Source: Phoronis australis | Taxonomy: Eukaryota > Animalia > Phoronida | NCBI GenBank assembly: GCA_002633005.1 | Contig: NMRA01000038.1 | Location: forward strand, 369,745 to 433,744 | Length of the DNA stretch: 64,000 bases | Reading direction: 5' to 3' | In this document: positions 28,801 to 39,724 of the stretch, in pieces | Layout: every line of letters begins with the position of its first letter | Position numbering within the stretch: the first letter of the stretch is position 1 | Notes under the pieces: model-generated | What the model was told of the DNA's origin: nothing | Seen by the model: only the letters and a program-made list of their open reading frames with translations | The model's database searches: none | Made by a program: the position numbers and the translations under genes

Positions 28801-31800
28801 CTTTCCAATCCCAGAAACCACGTCCAAGCACTTCATTGTGCTAGGATTTGTTTGAATAGGAAAAGCAATAGAATCACATGTGAACGTGTAGATAATTCTG
28901 TAAGTACTGAATGCTCAATGTCAACTCCATTTGAGTTGCATTATGTTGTTTATTCATAGTCATTTTATCTGTTTAGAATCCTTAAGAATCCAACGTGTTT
29001 TTCACTATTTAAGGGACAAGTGGGCTCAACATTATTCCACTCTGGGCGTACGTGTTGCCTTCTGGTCGGCTGTTTTAGAAACAGAACGGATTGAGTCTCG
29101 CGACTCGAATACTGTAAACAAATTAAACCGTAGTGACAATAACAAAGATATTGGTAATGAAAGTGGTGACGATGATGATGGTGAGGATGACAGTGAAGTT
29201 GGTGATAATGACAGGAACAGCATACTAGAAAGTAGGCCTGTGAAAGTTTCGAGCCAAACAGCACTTTCGGAATTAAAGACTGGCAAAAATGTCATGATGG
29301 AGAACTTGTGTCTTGAAGAGGATGATCGAGCTAACTGTGCAAGTGCAAAAGTAGAGAGTGTTGGTGAAACTGTTGAAACTGTGGGTGATGGGGCGGTCGT
29401 TAACAGCTCTGGCTTACTGAATGGAGACCAGTTGTTGAAACTATTCAAAAGTTTACACTCAGGGAACATAGTGCAAGGGAACCACGTCGTCACAGTGGGC
29501 ATGGTAAGTTTGTAGCAGACAATGTTCAAAGATAGCTAGCACATGCCTACTAACCGTTTTTGCATTTCGTTGGGGACTGAGTTCCACAGACGTAAGAATC
29601 GTGCGAGTAAATTTAGTGTGGTCATGTGCTCCACTTGCAATGTATGGCGAGATCTCGGCAAGTCTCGCGTGATCTTGCAGTTTTGCAAGGTTCTCACGCC
29701 CTGGGTTTTCATTCACTGTCTTACGTCCATCTACATTTCAGGACCTAAGTATGAACCAGTTACTTTCACTAAATAACACCAGTTATTCAAGAGGAATAAC
29801 TGATTCTCATTCAGGGTGCATAACATCGAGTTGTTTCTCAAATGTCTACTGGCGTAGCCAAGGGCTGCTGTGACAGGAACCCTGGAGCTGGAATTATTGG
29901 GAAATCCTGGTTAGTGGCGTTTACCACAAACCTGCTTCTCACAGTACATTAATTACCAATTGTCAATATGTCAATTAACCTGTCGCTGTTTTTTGTCAGC
30001 AATGAAAAACTGCAGTCGCTTATCTTTTATATTAATGTTTGTGAGACAACTACCTTAGTTTCGACCTCTCTGTTATCATTCAGGTCAGTACTGTCTAGCA
30101 TTACACCCAGCTCAGAATTTTAAAGGATTTCCGTTTTAAGTGTCTTAATTTTTCTTGAGTTCGGTTTTACCCCCTGTTTTGGGATTTTTGTTTCTTTATT
30201 TAAGTGCTAGGCCTAGTATATAATAAGGCCCCTTGGTGACTGAAAAAGTCTCTTTTGTGGTTACATATTTTGTCCGTCTTTCGAAAACTGGTCTATTCTG
30301 TTGTTACCACCTTCACACAGAAGATGGGTTGAAACCATTTGTTGGTTTTAATTTCAGGTTGGTTACCCCAACGTTGGTAAAAGCTCCACCATCAATGCCA
30401 TACTACAGTCAAAGAAAGTACCAGTGTCTGCCACACCAGGTCGAACAAAGCATTTCCAGGTAATTACATTAGTGCCTGGCAGTTTTGAAAAATGCACTCC
30501 AAGCACAACGTGTAAACTGTTGGTAATAGAAAGCTGGATGCCTGTCTAATGCTGTCCAATGTGTTTTGTAAATTTTTGTAATTTTGAAAAAAAGTTGGAA
30601 GTGTCGCTGTGGCAAAATTCTGCAGAATGTGGTCACTTAGTTCGTGCTCAACGTGGGTTATCAATGACACATGACCAGTCACTGAAGTATCACTGGGAAA
30701 TAGAGGGCAGCCATTTGTGGTAAAGTCAATGTTAGTCGTGAAAGCTGAAAGCAGCATGAATTGTTTAAGTTAGAAAGTTTATGTTGTTTCCTGTCCTTAC
30801 CACAAATTGTAATCAGAGCAAGCCACCTTTCCTGATTAAGCAATGGCTGACTCCAAGTCATTAGTAATCATGTAACTTGGACATTTCATTACCACTACAG
30901 TACAATTGCAACTGTACATTACATTTACGTTAAATAGAAAATAAATCTGAAACTTAATAAGGTGATCCAGATACTCTGAAGGATACTATTGTAGGATGAA
31001 ACGTAGGATATGTATCAAAATAAAACAACAATAATAGGTCAACTGAAATTTTTGGATGTAATTAGACAATAACCCACGAATGTCCGTCTGAAACATACAA
31101 AATAACTATATAAATACTGTGAAGTGAACTCTCTATAAACAATGAATGATAATTAATATTAATACATGTATGCCCCAGAAAATAGATAAATAAAAGAACT
31201 CACCAGCACTTATCTGGTTTTGTGTATAAATGTTATGTACAAACGTGAGGGCGCCTTAATGGCTGACGTAACATGAGATCGCAATCGCGTGTCACGTAAA
31301 CAATTCTCTAATAATCAAACAGAAACAGAACTAACTGTAAAATCAAACACAATATGACACATGACACGTGATATGTGGCGTAATGAAACTGTATCAGATC
31401 TGACACATTTTCATTACGCCACATATCATGTGTCATATTGTGCTTGATTTTACTATTATTTTTGTTTCATCTGTTGAGATAGGATTTGATTATATCCAAA
31501 AATTTCAGTCGGTCCATTATTGTTGTTACGTGTAATGCACTACAGTGCTACATCACTAAGTTGGATCTTTGTTGTTAGACACTGTATGTGGACCAGTCTC
31601 TGATGCTGTGTGATTGTCCCGGACTCGTCATGCCAACGTTCGTGTCAACCAAAGCTGAGATGGTCGTCAATGGTATTCTTCCGATAGACCAGATGCGAGA
31701 CCACGTGCCTCCTGTCAACCTCATATCCTTTTGTCACTGTGTCCATTTCTAGAGTTCACTTGGCAGCCGTTGAAAGTTCTCAGTTATAAGTTCTGTCTTT

Positions 31801-34800
31801 GTCTGACTGTGGCTCAATGCTTTGAATCCTGATTGGCTCATACTCAGCACCATTTCCATTAGCTTAGCCTTCTCCTCTTGTTATAGGCCATCCCTACGCC
31901 TTACACTGTGCTTGTGATGCGGTAACAATTTTTCAATTTGGGACAAAAATAATTGCTAAAATTGCCATATTTCTACTTTTGGAGACTTACCACATTATTA
32001 CAAATGCTCAAAATATTACCTAATATTTTCTGTTATACAATCCATGATAAAAGCAACGTAAATTTTTCTGAAAAGTTATCTTTGTTGAGAAATTTGACAA
32101 AATGAAAATTCGCCTATTGAAGAATTTTTACCATAAGTTGTGTCTATTCAACGCCTGCTTGGAAGATGTTACTTTACAGCAACCTAGGTTGATTAGTGTT
32201 GAAAAGTTCGCTCATTTAAAATGAATAAATTGTTCTGATTGTGGTTGTTAAAACTATTTCACACTTCTAGAATGCAAGTACATTTTAAATGAAACTCGTT
32301 TGTTGTCACTTGGTAGCGTAAATATCTGTGTTCAGTTAAGTGAAAGTTAACAACAAGTAAGACACTTCTGCTGGCCTTCATATTGACGATGCAATTTTTG
32401 AAGTGGTGGAGGCTAGAATTTCTTTATTCAAATTTAAAATTTTTATTTGGCAAAAAAGATTTGAATATAGATCTTTGCATTGTTTTTTCAAAGTTAAATT
32501 CCTTAACTGACAGTTACGTTTGCCAAAGAATACCTCGGAGAACTTTGGAAGTTGTATACGGCATCAATATCCCCAAGCCTCTGGAAGGAGAAGACGGGAG
32601 TCGACCGCCAACTGCAAATGAGCTTCTTAATACCTATGGCTGTAAGTATCCGAAGTCATGAAGTTAGAAAGACTAATGTGAAGTTTCTTGAGAGTCGACT
32701 GTGTCTGTGTTGTTTATGTTGTGAAGCGTGACTTCCGGTTGTGACGAAACGTACAGTCAGATAAAGCCTCTCTAAGTCACTTGCCAAGTGGCAATTGCCT
32801 CTTGGTCGAATGGTTTAGATGCTTGAGTGTCGCTCGTGCAACGTGGGTTCGAGTCTCACGGGAGACGGAAATTTTCTACATTGGCGCCCAATGTTTCACC
32901 GTGTTTGAGGGTAAAGGTGTGATAAAACTCACCACATTAGACAATTTGACTGCTTTTCGCCTCTTTCTGGGCTAAGCTTCATTACTCGTAAATTATACTT
33001 TCTAAAATGAAATTCGAAATATAATTTATAAAAATTGAATGCGTGTATTATTTTATTGTCATTGTCCTTATTGTGTTATGTCATTAATCCTGTTTAAAGT
33101 AATCTTTGTTTTGAAAAATTTTCGAAATAATCTTAGAGACACATCTCATTATCCAGGTTTTTTACTTTAAGTTTGTTTCCTCATGTTATAGATATGCGGG
33201 GCTACATGACAGCTCGTGGCGTTCCTGACTGCCCTAGAACTGCACGTTACATTCTGAAAGACTACGTCAATGTAAGTTTGAGGGATTTAAAAGAAAACTG
33301 TTCATCAGTTCTTATCTGTGCTCGGAACCTGATTCATCATTAAGCTAGTGTATTTTGAATGAGATGTAGGTCTCTGTGAGATGATAATCTTTTAGTATGC
33401 CTTGAAAACGGAATACGTAACGTTTATCACTTTGGCTCTCACAAGAAAATAATTGGAATGTTGATAAAGATCTCTACCTAAACAGACTTTATTGTTGCTG
33501 TGACGCTATATTTTTTGATCCAGCAAAGTTGTGACTCAACACAGAGTTGAATCCCGGTTACTTCGGTTATCTGCAATTCCAAAAATGTATACAAAATATT
33601 TGCATTTGTCCAAAATATGCTTTTTCAGGGCAAGTTGCTGTTCTGCAACCCGCCACCTGGTGTTTCAGAACAGGAGTTCCAGTCTGTGCAAGTGCTGCTG
33701 CCTAGGCGACCAGTACAAAAGAAACAAAAACAGCAGACGTCAGTCCCAGAACAGATGGAACCTCTAACAAGCTCTATAGATGAAGAATTCTTCAGCCAGG
33801 TGCTTATTGTCCCTGTGGATCTGGATGTCTCTCGTCTAATCATTAACTAGTTGCCACGTGAACACGTAGTTTTCGTTCGGTTACGTTGGTTACATTTTGC
33901 TCTCGGTTGTTGGAGATCTTCCTGTTCTCTGTATTCATACATGACCTGGGGATTGGTATTTCATTGTGTAAAACAAAAAGGCTGACTAGACTACTGAACG
34001 CTGATCTGAAAAAATTGATATGGCATTTCGCGACTGAAATGACAGTTTGTGATTTGTGAGTTGTTATCAAATTTTATTCAGTTTCAGTAAAATGCTCTGC
34101 TTGGGGTAAACATGGAACAATTGGCCTTTGCAATGTTCTCAATCAATACATACATTATCAACTCATTAACATACATTATTAAAATTCTTAATGCTTGCGT
34201 AATCAAAACGTGTATGACAATGATGTAGCCGTGTTCTGAATTAGAGCCGAGTTCTTGGTCCTGTTAAAAGTTCATGGCAGGAAATCCCTTGATAGTGACT
34301 AACAGAATAATAAAACCAAATTTTCAACTTCCATGCTAAGAACGCGCATCTGTATGAGTTACAGTGGTCTCTGAAAAAAATCAGTTTTGTGGAAAAATTG
34401 TTCAAATGTCTACAAATGGATTAGGGTTATTTTTTGTGCACATGATATGTGTCATTGATCATAAGAATGTTAAAGAGGCACGTTTTCTTGGGTTGAAAAT
34501 TAGACACAAAGTGTTTAAAAACAAGTCAAAAATATTTGTTTCTTGGTAACGGAGGTTGTTGGTTACTTTGAAATTCCGTTTGTCAATTGAGATCTATGTT
34601 CAGTTGCTGAATACTGCCTGAACTTCAATTGTTATTCATTGCCACACATTGAGTTAATTAAGCAGTGGAAATCTGTCCAATTTCCTTTTCATTCAATGCT
34701 TATTATGACTAGCAAAATGGCTGCCACGAAAATGATTGGGCGACCATGATGGAATGTTGAACTGTGGGAGACAATTTTTTATTTCTGTTCCCTAAACCAA

Positions 34801-35083
34801 GATTTCTCGCAGTATGTGTCTCATATTGCCAGCAGTGTCACAGGACTTCAATAGCGTTATGACTGGCACTGCTTCATGCTATCAAAATCAGTTTTCATGC
34901 CAGTTGGCATTTTGTATATAGAATGCTATCTCTTTGCAGTCATCTTCTAAAGTTCACAAAAAGGGCGCACAGCCTGGCCCCGCACATAGTGGAGTTAGTG
35001 GAAATCCTGACAAACCTTGGAAAAAACATGGCAACAAGAATAAGAAGGAAAAACTGAAGAGGATTCATGGCGGATGTGACTGA
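22863..35083 (+). CDS. LSG1: Large subunit GTPase 1 (circularly permuted GTPase, 60S biogenesis), 13 exons, ~635 aa
   Basis: Exons 22863-22949, 24425-24551, 25430-25550, 26401-26487, 26774-26860, 27916-28059, 29014-29503, 30358-30459, 31579-31722, 32518-32641, 33192-33271, 33629-33799, 34940-35083; phases consistent (1908 nt). Motifs: MGKKKHGLGRSL, LHTSELEDGYDW, TPFEKNLDFWRQLWRVIERSD, QIVDARNP, NKADLL, GYPNVGKSS, TPGRTKHFQ, CDCPGLV, KPWKKHGNKNKKEKL. Intron 9 is AT-AC. Confidence 0.96.
27204..27430. mobile_element. Older, shorter copy of the same CAGGGCTTGGAAT MITE family (LSG1 intron 5)
   Basis: Left end CAGGACTAGGAATTTTCC. The right end TCATTGGTCATTCCAAGCCCTG is identical to 55812-55833. 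Flanks are AGTACT/AGTACC. Confidence 0.65.
29538..29738 (+). ncRNA. Candidate structured intronic RNA (LSG1 intron 7)
   Basis: Helices AGCACATG/CATGTGCT, GACGTAAGA/TCTTACGTC, GCGAGA/TCTCGC and CTTGCA/TGCAAG; ends in ACATTT. Confidence 0.35.
30713..30886 (+). ncRNA. Candidate intronic box H/ACA snoRNA (LSG1 intron 8)
   Basis: Hairpin ATTTGTGGTAA/TTACCACAAAT (30713-30807), H box AGAGCA (30815-30820), second hairpin with an internal pocket (TGATTA/TAATCA, AATGGCT/AGTCATT), ACA at 30881-30883 followed by TTT. Confidence 0.55.
31020..31530. mobile_element. Palindromic (foldback) MITE in LSG1 intron 8
   Basis: Arms AACAACAATAATAGGTCAACTGAAATTTTTGGAT / ATCCAAAAATTTCAGTCGGTCCATTATTGTTGTT, with a near-perfect central palindrome at 31338-31453. 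Confidence 0.7.
31723..32517 (+). other. U12-type (minor spliceosome) AT-AC intron in LSG1
   Basis: 5' splice site ATATCCTTTT at 31723, branch point TTCCTTAAC at 32499-32507, terminal AC at 32516-32517. Removal joins ...HVPPVNL|VCQRIPR... in frame. Confidence 0.93.
32797..32990 (+). mobile_element. Second tRNA-derived SINE family or tRNA pseudogene head
   Basis: A-box TGGTCGAATGG, B-box GGGTTCGAGTCTC, imperfect cloverleaf with a GTC loop, followed by a non-tRNA body. Confidence 0.55.
33890..34122 (+). ncRNA. Candidate long H/ACA-type RNA (LSG1 intron 12)
   Basis: 5' hairpin 33890-33971, ANANNA hinge (AAACAA at ~33971), long stem ACTGAA..CTGA..AAAATTGATA / TATCAAATTTT..TCAG..TTCAGT (33993-34088), ACA at 34117. 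Confidence 0.35.
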
Positions 35084-36789
35084 GCACTGAGCTGGCGTCT
35101 GTCTCCAACAGCCGATGACAAAAAGCGCAGTATTTTAAAGCGTTGCACAGGGCACCTGGTTAAAATGCATTTTGCTTTTGTTTGTCACAATCTTTTTAAT
35201 CTAGTACTCTTAATATCACACAATTACACAATCAATGAATTGAAGTTCATTGATTTCATCTGGACCTCGGTGTGCCTACACTATAAAGTGAAGGTCTTCA
35301 ATATTTAAAAAAAAAATTGTCTTGCTGGATAACTAATGTGTCATGGAAGTGATGCCAAATAAAGTTGTGAACTATGTGGTGCTGTGTTATTTTTGAGCTG
35401 AAGTCAAATGTAACAATGGCTGCCAAGCCAACGACGCTTATAATGATGGATACTGTGTGTAATGAATTCTGTGACGTGCATGTGTCGAAATTAATGATGA
35501 GAGTGGGCATGATTTATTTGTCTTTTACATTTAATTTAGCTTATTGCCGTCCAGCGTTCAAGTTACATTCAGCAAGATTGCTGGGGGAAACCAAATCATG
35601 TGATCAGAGCTTCAAAGTATTAAGAATTTTCAATATGATCTGATATTGGAATAATTAAATAACTGATATGCTATAATGGAATGTTTGCCGATTCCTCCAA
35701 AATGTATGAAAATAAGTATTAACTAATGTGAGCTTTGTGTGTTTGCAAAACTGAGATTCCTCAAACTTCACAGAAATTTTTGTTCATAACCCCATGGTGA
35801 CATTCACTATCACGGGCTCGAGATGAAACACGACAATGTCCTGGAAATGGGCTGAATACCAGTTACCAACACAATTCTTTAACAAACTTGAAGATATTAT
35901 GTTCATACTTCATGAAGCAGAATTTGCCAGCCAGCGACAAGAAAACCAGGAGACTTCCAAAAACATCTTGAGTTGAGAATAAACCAAAGTTGCGATATCT
36001 ATGTTAAGTTGCTTTGTGGAATAGTCCCCAGTGCGGAGTTGTATGGTACAGTCCCAAATAGGGACTCGACTAAGTTCCCTAAACCTTTTGCCTATTTGTA
36101 AACTTTGTCTATCGTTTCATCTTTATTAAGAACTCCTCTGGCTAATGACATTTTCTAATAATATAACTAAAAACTGAGCCCTAAATTCAATGAAAATAGA
36201 GACTTCGTCATTAAGTTAGGACCGTTGCATGAAGAGATTCCTATATATTTTCGTTGATATTAACGATGTGGACTTTTTGCTGACAAAAAAACGGGAGGAC
36301 TAAAACAAAAACGGGTACCACCTTCGTCTCCACCTTTTAGTGGACTTTGGTCTCATTTTTTTGGACTTTTCGTTTCTCAGAGGCAGACTTTTTGCCCACT
36401 TCGCCAAATGGGGGGGGGGCTCATTTGAGCCTCCTGATTCCCCCCTCCTCGCTGGGTGTGCGCATGCGAGTTCACTCTCAATTTATATCAAAGCCAAAAT
36501 TTGACTTGCTAATGAAACTAAAACAGCATAAAAAAGGACAATCTGTGTTTTCACAAGTACGCAATTACGCAGCAGAGATAGGGAACTTAGTAGAGTCTCT
36601 ATTAGAGACTGTTTCATGCAACCGGGCACAGTACTCTTCCTATTGGTATTTTAGCAGTGCACATTTCCCAAAGTGCAACTGACGTACCACTATTTGAGCA
36701 TGCAATATTTTTGGAGACCTGAAAAGGGGACGGTCATTTTTTGGTCACTTTGTAACAATACGTGACAAAACCAATCAGCCAAATGTCGT

Positions 36790-36854
36790 TTCCTCTTGGT
36801 TGTGGTCAATTCCTCTTGGTTGTGGTCAATTCCTCTTGGTTGTGTTCAATTCCT
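36790..36854. repeat. 20-bp tandem repeat x3
   Basis: TTCCTCTTGGTTGTGGTCAA units. Confidence 0.9.
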
Positions 36855-39724
36855 TTCGCAACAAAAATTACTGATTATGATTCCTCATTTCAGCAAACTT
36901 CTAAGTACAGAGTAGTGTTTTCACCTTAACTTTCCAGTTACTTTCTTGTCATTTTGAATGACAGACAATGACCTTGGCCAATGAATTTCACTTGCTCTAA
37001 GCTGTACTGATGAGGAATTCTAGGTTGTTTTGTCTAGTTACATGTACTAACGCTATGATTAAGTACTAAGATAACAGCAAAGGCAAACATTAGTTGTAAG
37101 TAACTGTGTAACAGACTGGACAGTTGCATCACAGATAAGTTTATTCCAATTATAAAATGTACAATAAATATAATTACCATAATCTATACATTATTTACAT
37201 GCAGATACAATGCTATATTAAAAGCCAGCCCCTACAATGTACATTTTGGCTTTCAAATCTTCTCAAAATTACTACATAAGAAGTTCCGTCATAGGTGATT
37301 TTCATTGTCAATAAGGGTGTGCTTAACATGGAAACTTCTTTGAGCCTTAAGGTTTTCAGAAACCAAAAACATGGGACACAGTTTGTACTTATTCTAATAA
37401 TGTAGAACAAATTCGTGGATACCATAAAATGAGATAGTTGTTCTGACTATAGAAACTTTTTTGCCGCACTGAACAAAGACAGGATGCTGTTTTTGGTCTT
37501 TTGCAGCAAATCATTCACACTACCCGTCAGATATAGCTGAAAAACAACTTATTCATTAACATTTCCATACATTATTAATTACATCACTTAAGCTTATACG
37601 CTGTGGATGACACACAACAAAAGAAGCTGAACTGTCAACTCCCTAGGATGTATACATACCTAATCGGGGAAAGAAAGACTAGTCCAGACAATAACGCCAC
37701 ATAGTGGATGAACAGAGTAAACAAAACCGAGAGTTGTAGAAAAATTTCGACATTATTCCACCATTTTAGGTATAACAGTTTAGCTTCTAGTGTTATTACT
37801 TAATAAGTTTATCAAAAATGCTGGTATTGGCAAGAGGCCTCTTGGTATATCTCTTCTATAACTAATTACAGCAAATTCTTAACTTCGATTAACATTGACC
37901 TTGCAAGACTGAACTTCTGCATACAAGTTCTTAACACTCACACGAATGAGAGTTGTGTATTCTGTGTATTTATACAGCCTAACTCAGAACAGGTAACCCC
38001 TTTTACCTGGATAACAAACAATAATAAACTAAATAATGAATTCAATAATATGCAGCAATGAATGAAGAGACTATGGTTTTCCCTTTTTAAAAACAGAATT
38101 CCGTTTTAGCCAACATGAAATTCCATTTTTCTATTTTGTAAATTATCAAGTTCCGCAATACTATTTGAAATCGACAAACAATATAAAAATCATCTGATAG
38201 GGAATTCCAATGATTGTTCCGCTAAATTATGCTGCAGCTGTGTTTTACCATTAACTCTATACACACCATGTTAAGTGTTTCTCAAAGTCAAAAAAGAACA
38301 GTACCAACTTCAGAAAAAATCAACAGTTACTTAAACATGTTGGCTGCAAAATGTCCGGTGATCGATTTGAAGACAAAATATGTTTGAGTTTGATGACTCA
38401 TATTCTTAACTTATCGGTGATAAAAACAATTAGAATGATGGCATCTGCTACTGAAATATGGACATTCCGTTCGAAATCTTTAAGTCCCTAAAAGATGTCA
38501 GATTCTGTCAATTCCATCGATTTCCGTCATCGTAGAAAACCAGGGTCTCAACGTATGAAATAACTGCTGCCGAAATAATTACGTAAAGCTACCTTGCTAT
38601 ACCAGTCAACTGTTCTTGCAGCAGAAAGCAAAACAATGAGTATAAAAATCAACATTCCTGAACTTTCTCCAAGCTCATTAAGCCATTTAATCTTAACCAA
38701 CGAACATGCATGCTAATACTATCACTTAGAACTGATGCAGTCATTATTTACGAAACAACTAGACTGCACTTGCTTTTTGATTATTTCCTCTGTCATTGCA
38801 TAACACGAGACATTAATCAATGATACGTAACAAATAATTTTCGAATCACATTCTACAGCACAAAGAGCACTCTTGACTTGCAGGTCTCATTCTTTAAATA
38901 CATCCTATTGAATGTAGCAACAATACACTTATTCAGATTGCAGTAAAGTTGAGACCATGACAAAGGTAAGACAAGTCTGTAGCACAATGAGAAAAAATAT
39001 GCCAGGATAACACAATATATCAAAAAATTGCACAAAATATGAAACATTCTTATTCCCATTTTTAGAAATACCAATAAGAAGCTGACATTACGGTCTCGTC
39101 ACAAAGTATGACAAATGCGAATTAAGCAGATTACTAACACAGATTACTTATTAAATGTTCAAATAGGCCAAAAAAGCAACGTTGGTTCTGGTCTTTACCC
39201 CAACTCATTTTGAGACCAGTGGTCACCAACTAAAAAACAAAAAACATATCAATTTCAGCCAATGTTTCGTGCTTTTTTGAAAAGGTGCACAAAGGCACGT
39301 ATTTAAACAAGAGTAAGCAAGGTTTTGAAACGTCATGATTTGACAAACGACGTGTAAAAAATCCTGCATTATCTTATAGCTCATCTCATGTATTCTTTTT
39401 GAAGAAATCCACAACGAAACACCACACCACCAACTCCATTTGCAAAAAAAAACAGCAACCAGGGCTCATTGTGCTTTTTGGCCTTAGGCTGCATCCCCAT
39501 CAATCCACTTTGACAAACAGCAAAGTATGTATGTAGTTAACACACACTTAAAGCTCCAGTTTCTTGATACAATAAGAGCCATCACTATTAGCAATAAGTG
39601 AGCCCTTCGCAAGCACAGTGGCTCAAGGCACAGCAATGTGTTGATTCACCCAACATGTCTCTGTGTGTAGCATCTACACCAGCAGTAGAGTGATCCACAC
39701 AGAGTGGACCGCTCATCATGTGTC

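Noticed and set aside
29090-29400. Acidic low-complexity insertion in LSG1 exon 7 and the antisense ORFs over it
   Set aside because: LSG1 proteins normally have a variable acidic insert before the G1 motif; the antisense ORFs are codon shadows.
29538-29738. Telomerase RNA, U17/snR30 or RNase P/MRP identity for the structured intronic RNA
   Set aside because: No CTAACCCT template, no ATATTCCTA/AAACCAT motifs and no CR-I/CR-V motifs were seen.
32797-32866. tRNA-Asp-like gene
   Set aside because: Acceptor and anticodon arms are imperfect, and the sequence continues into a SINE-like body without a T-run terminator.
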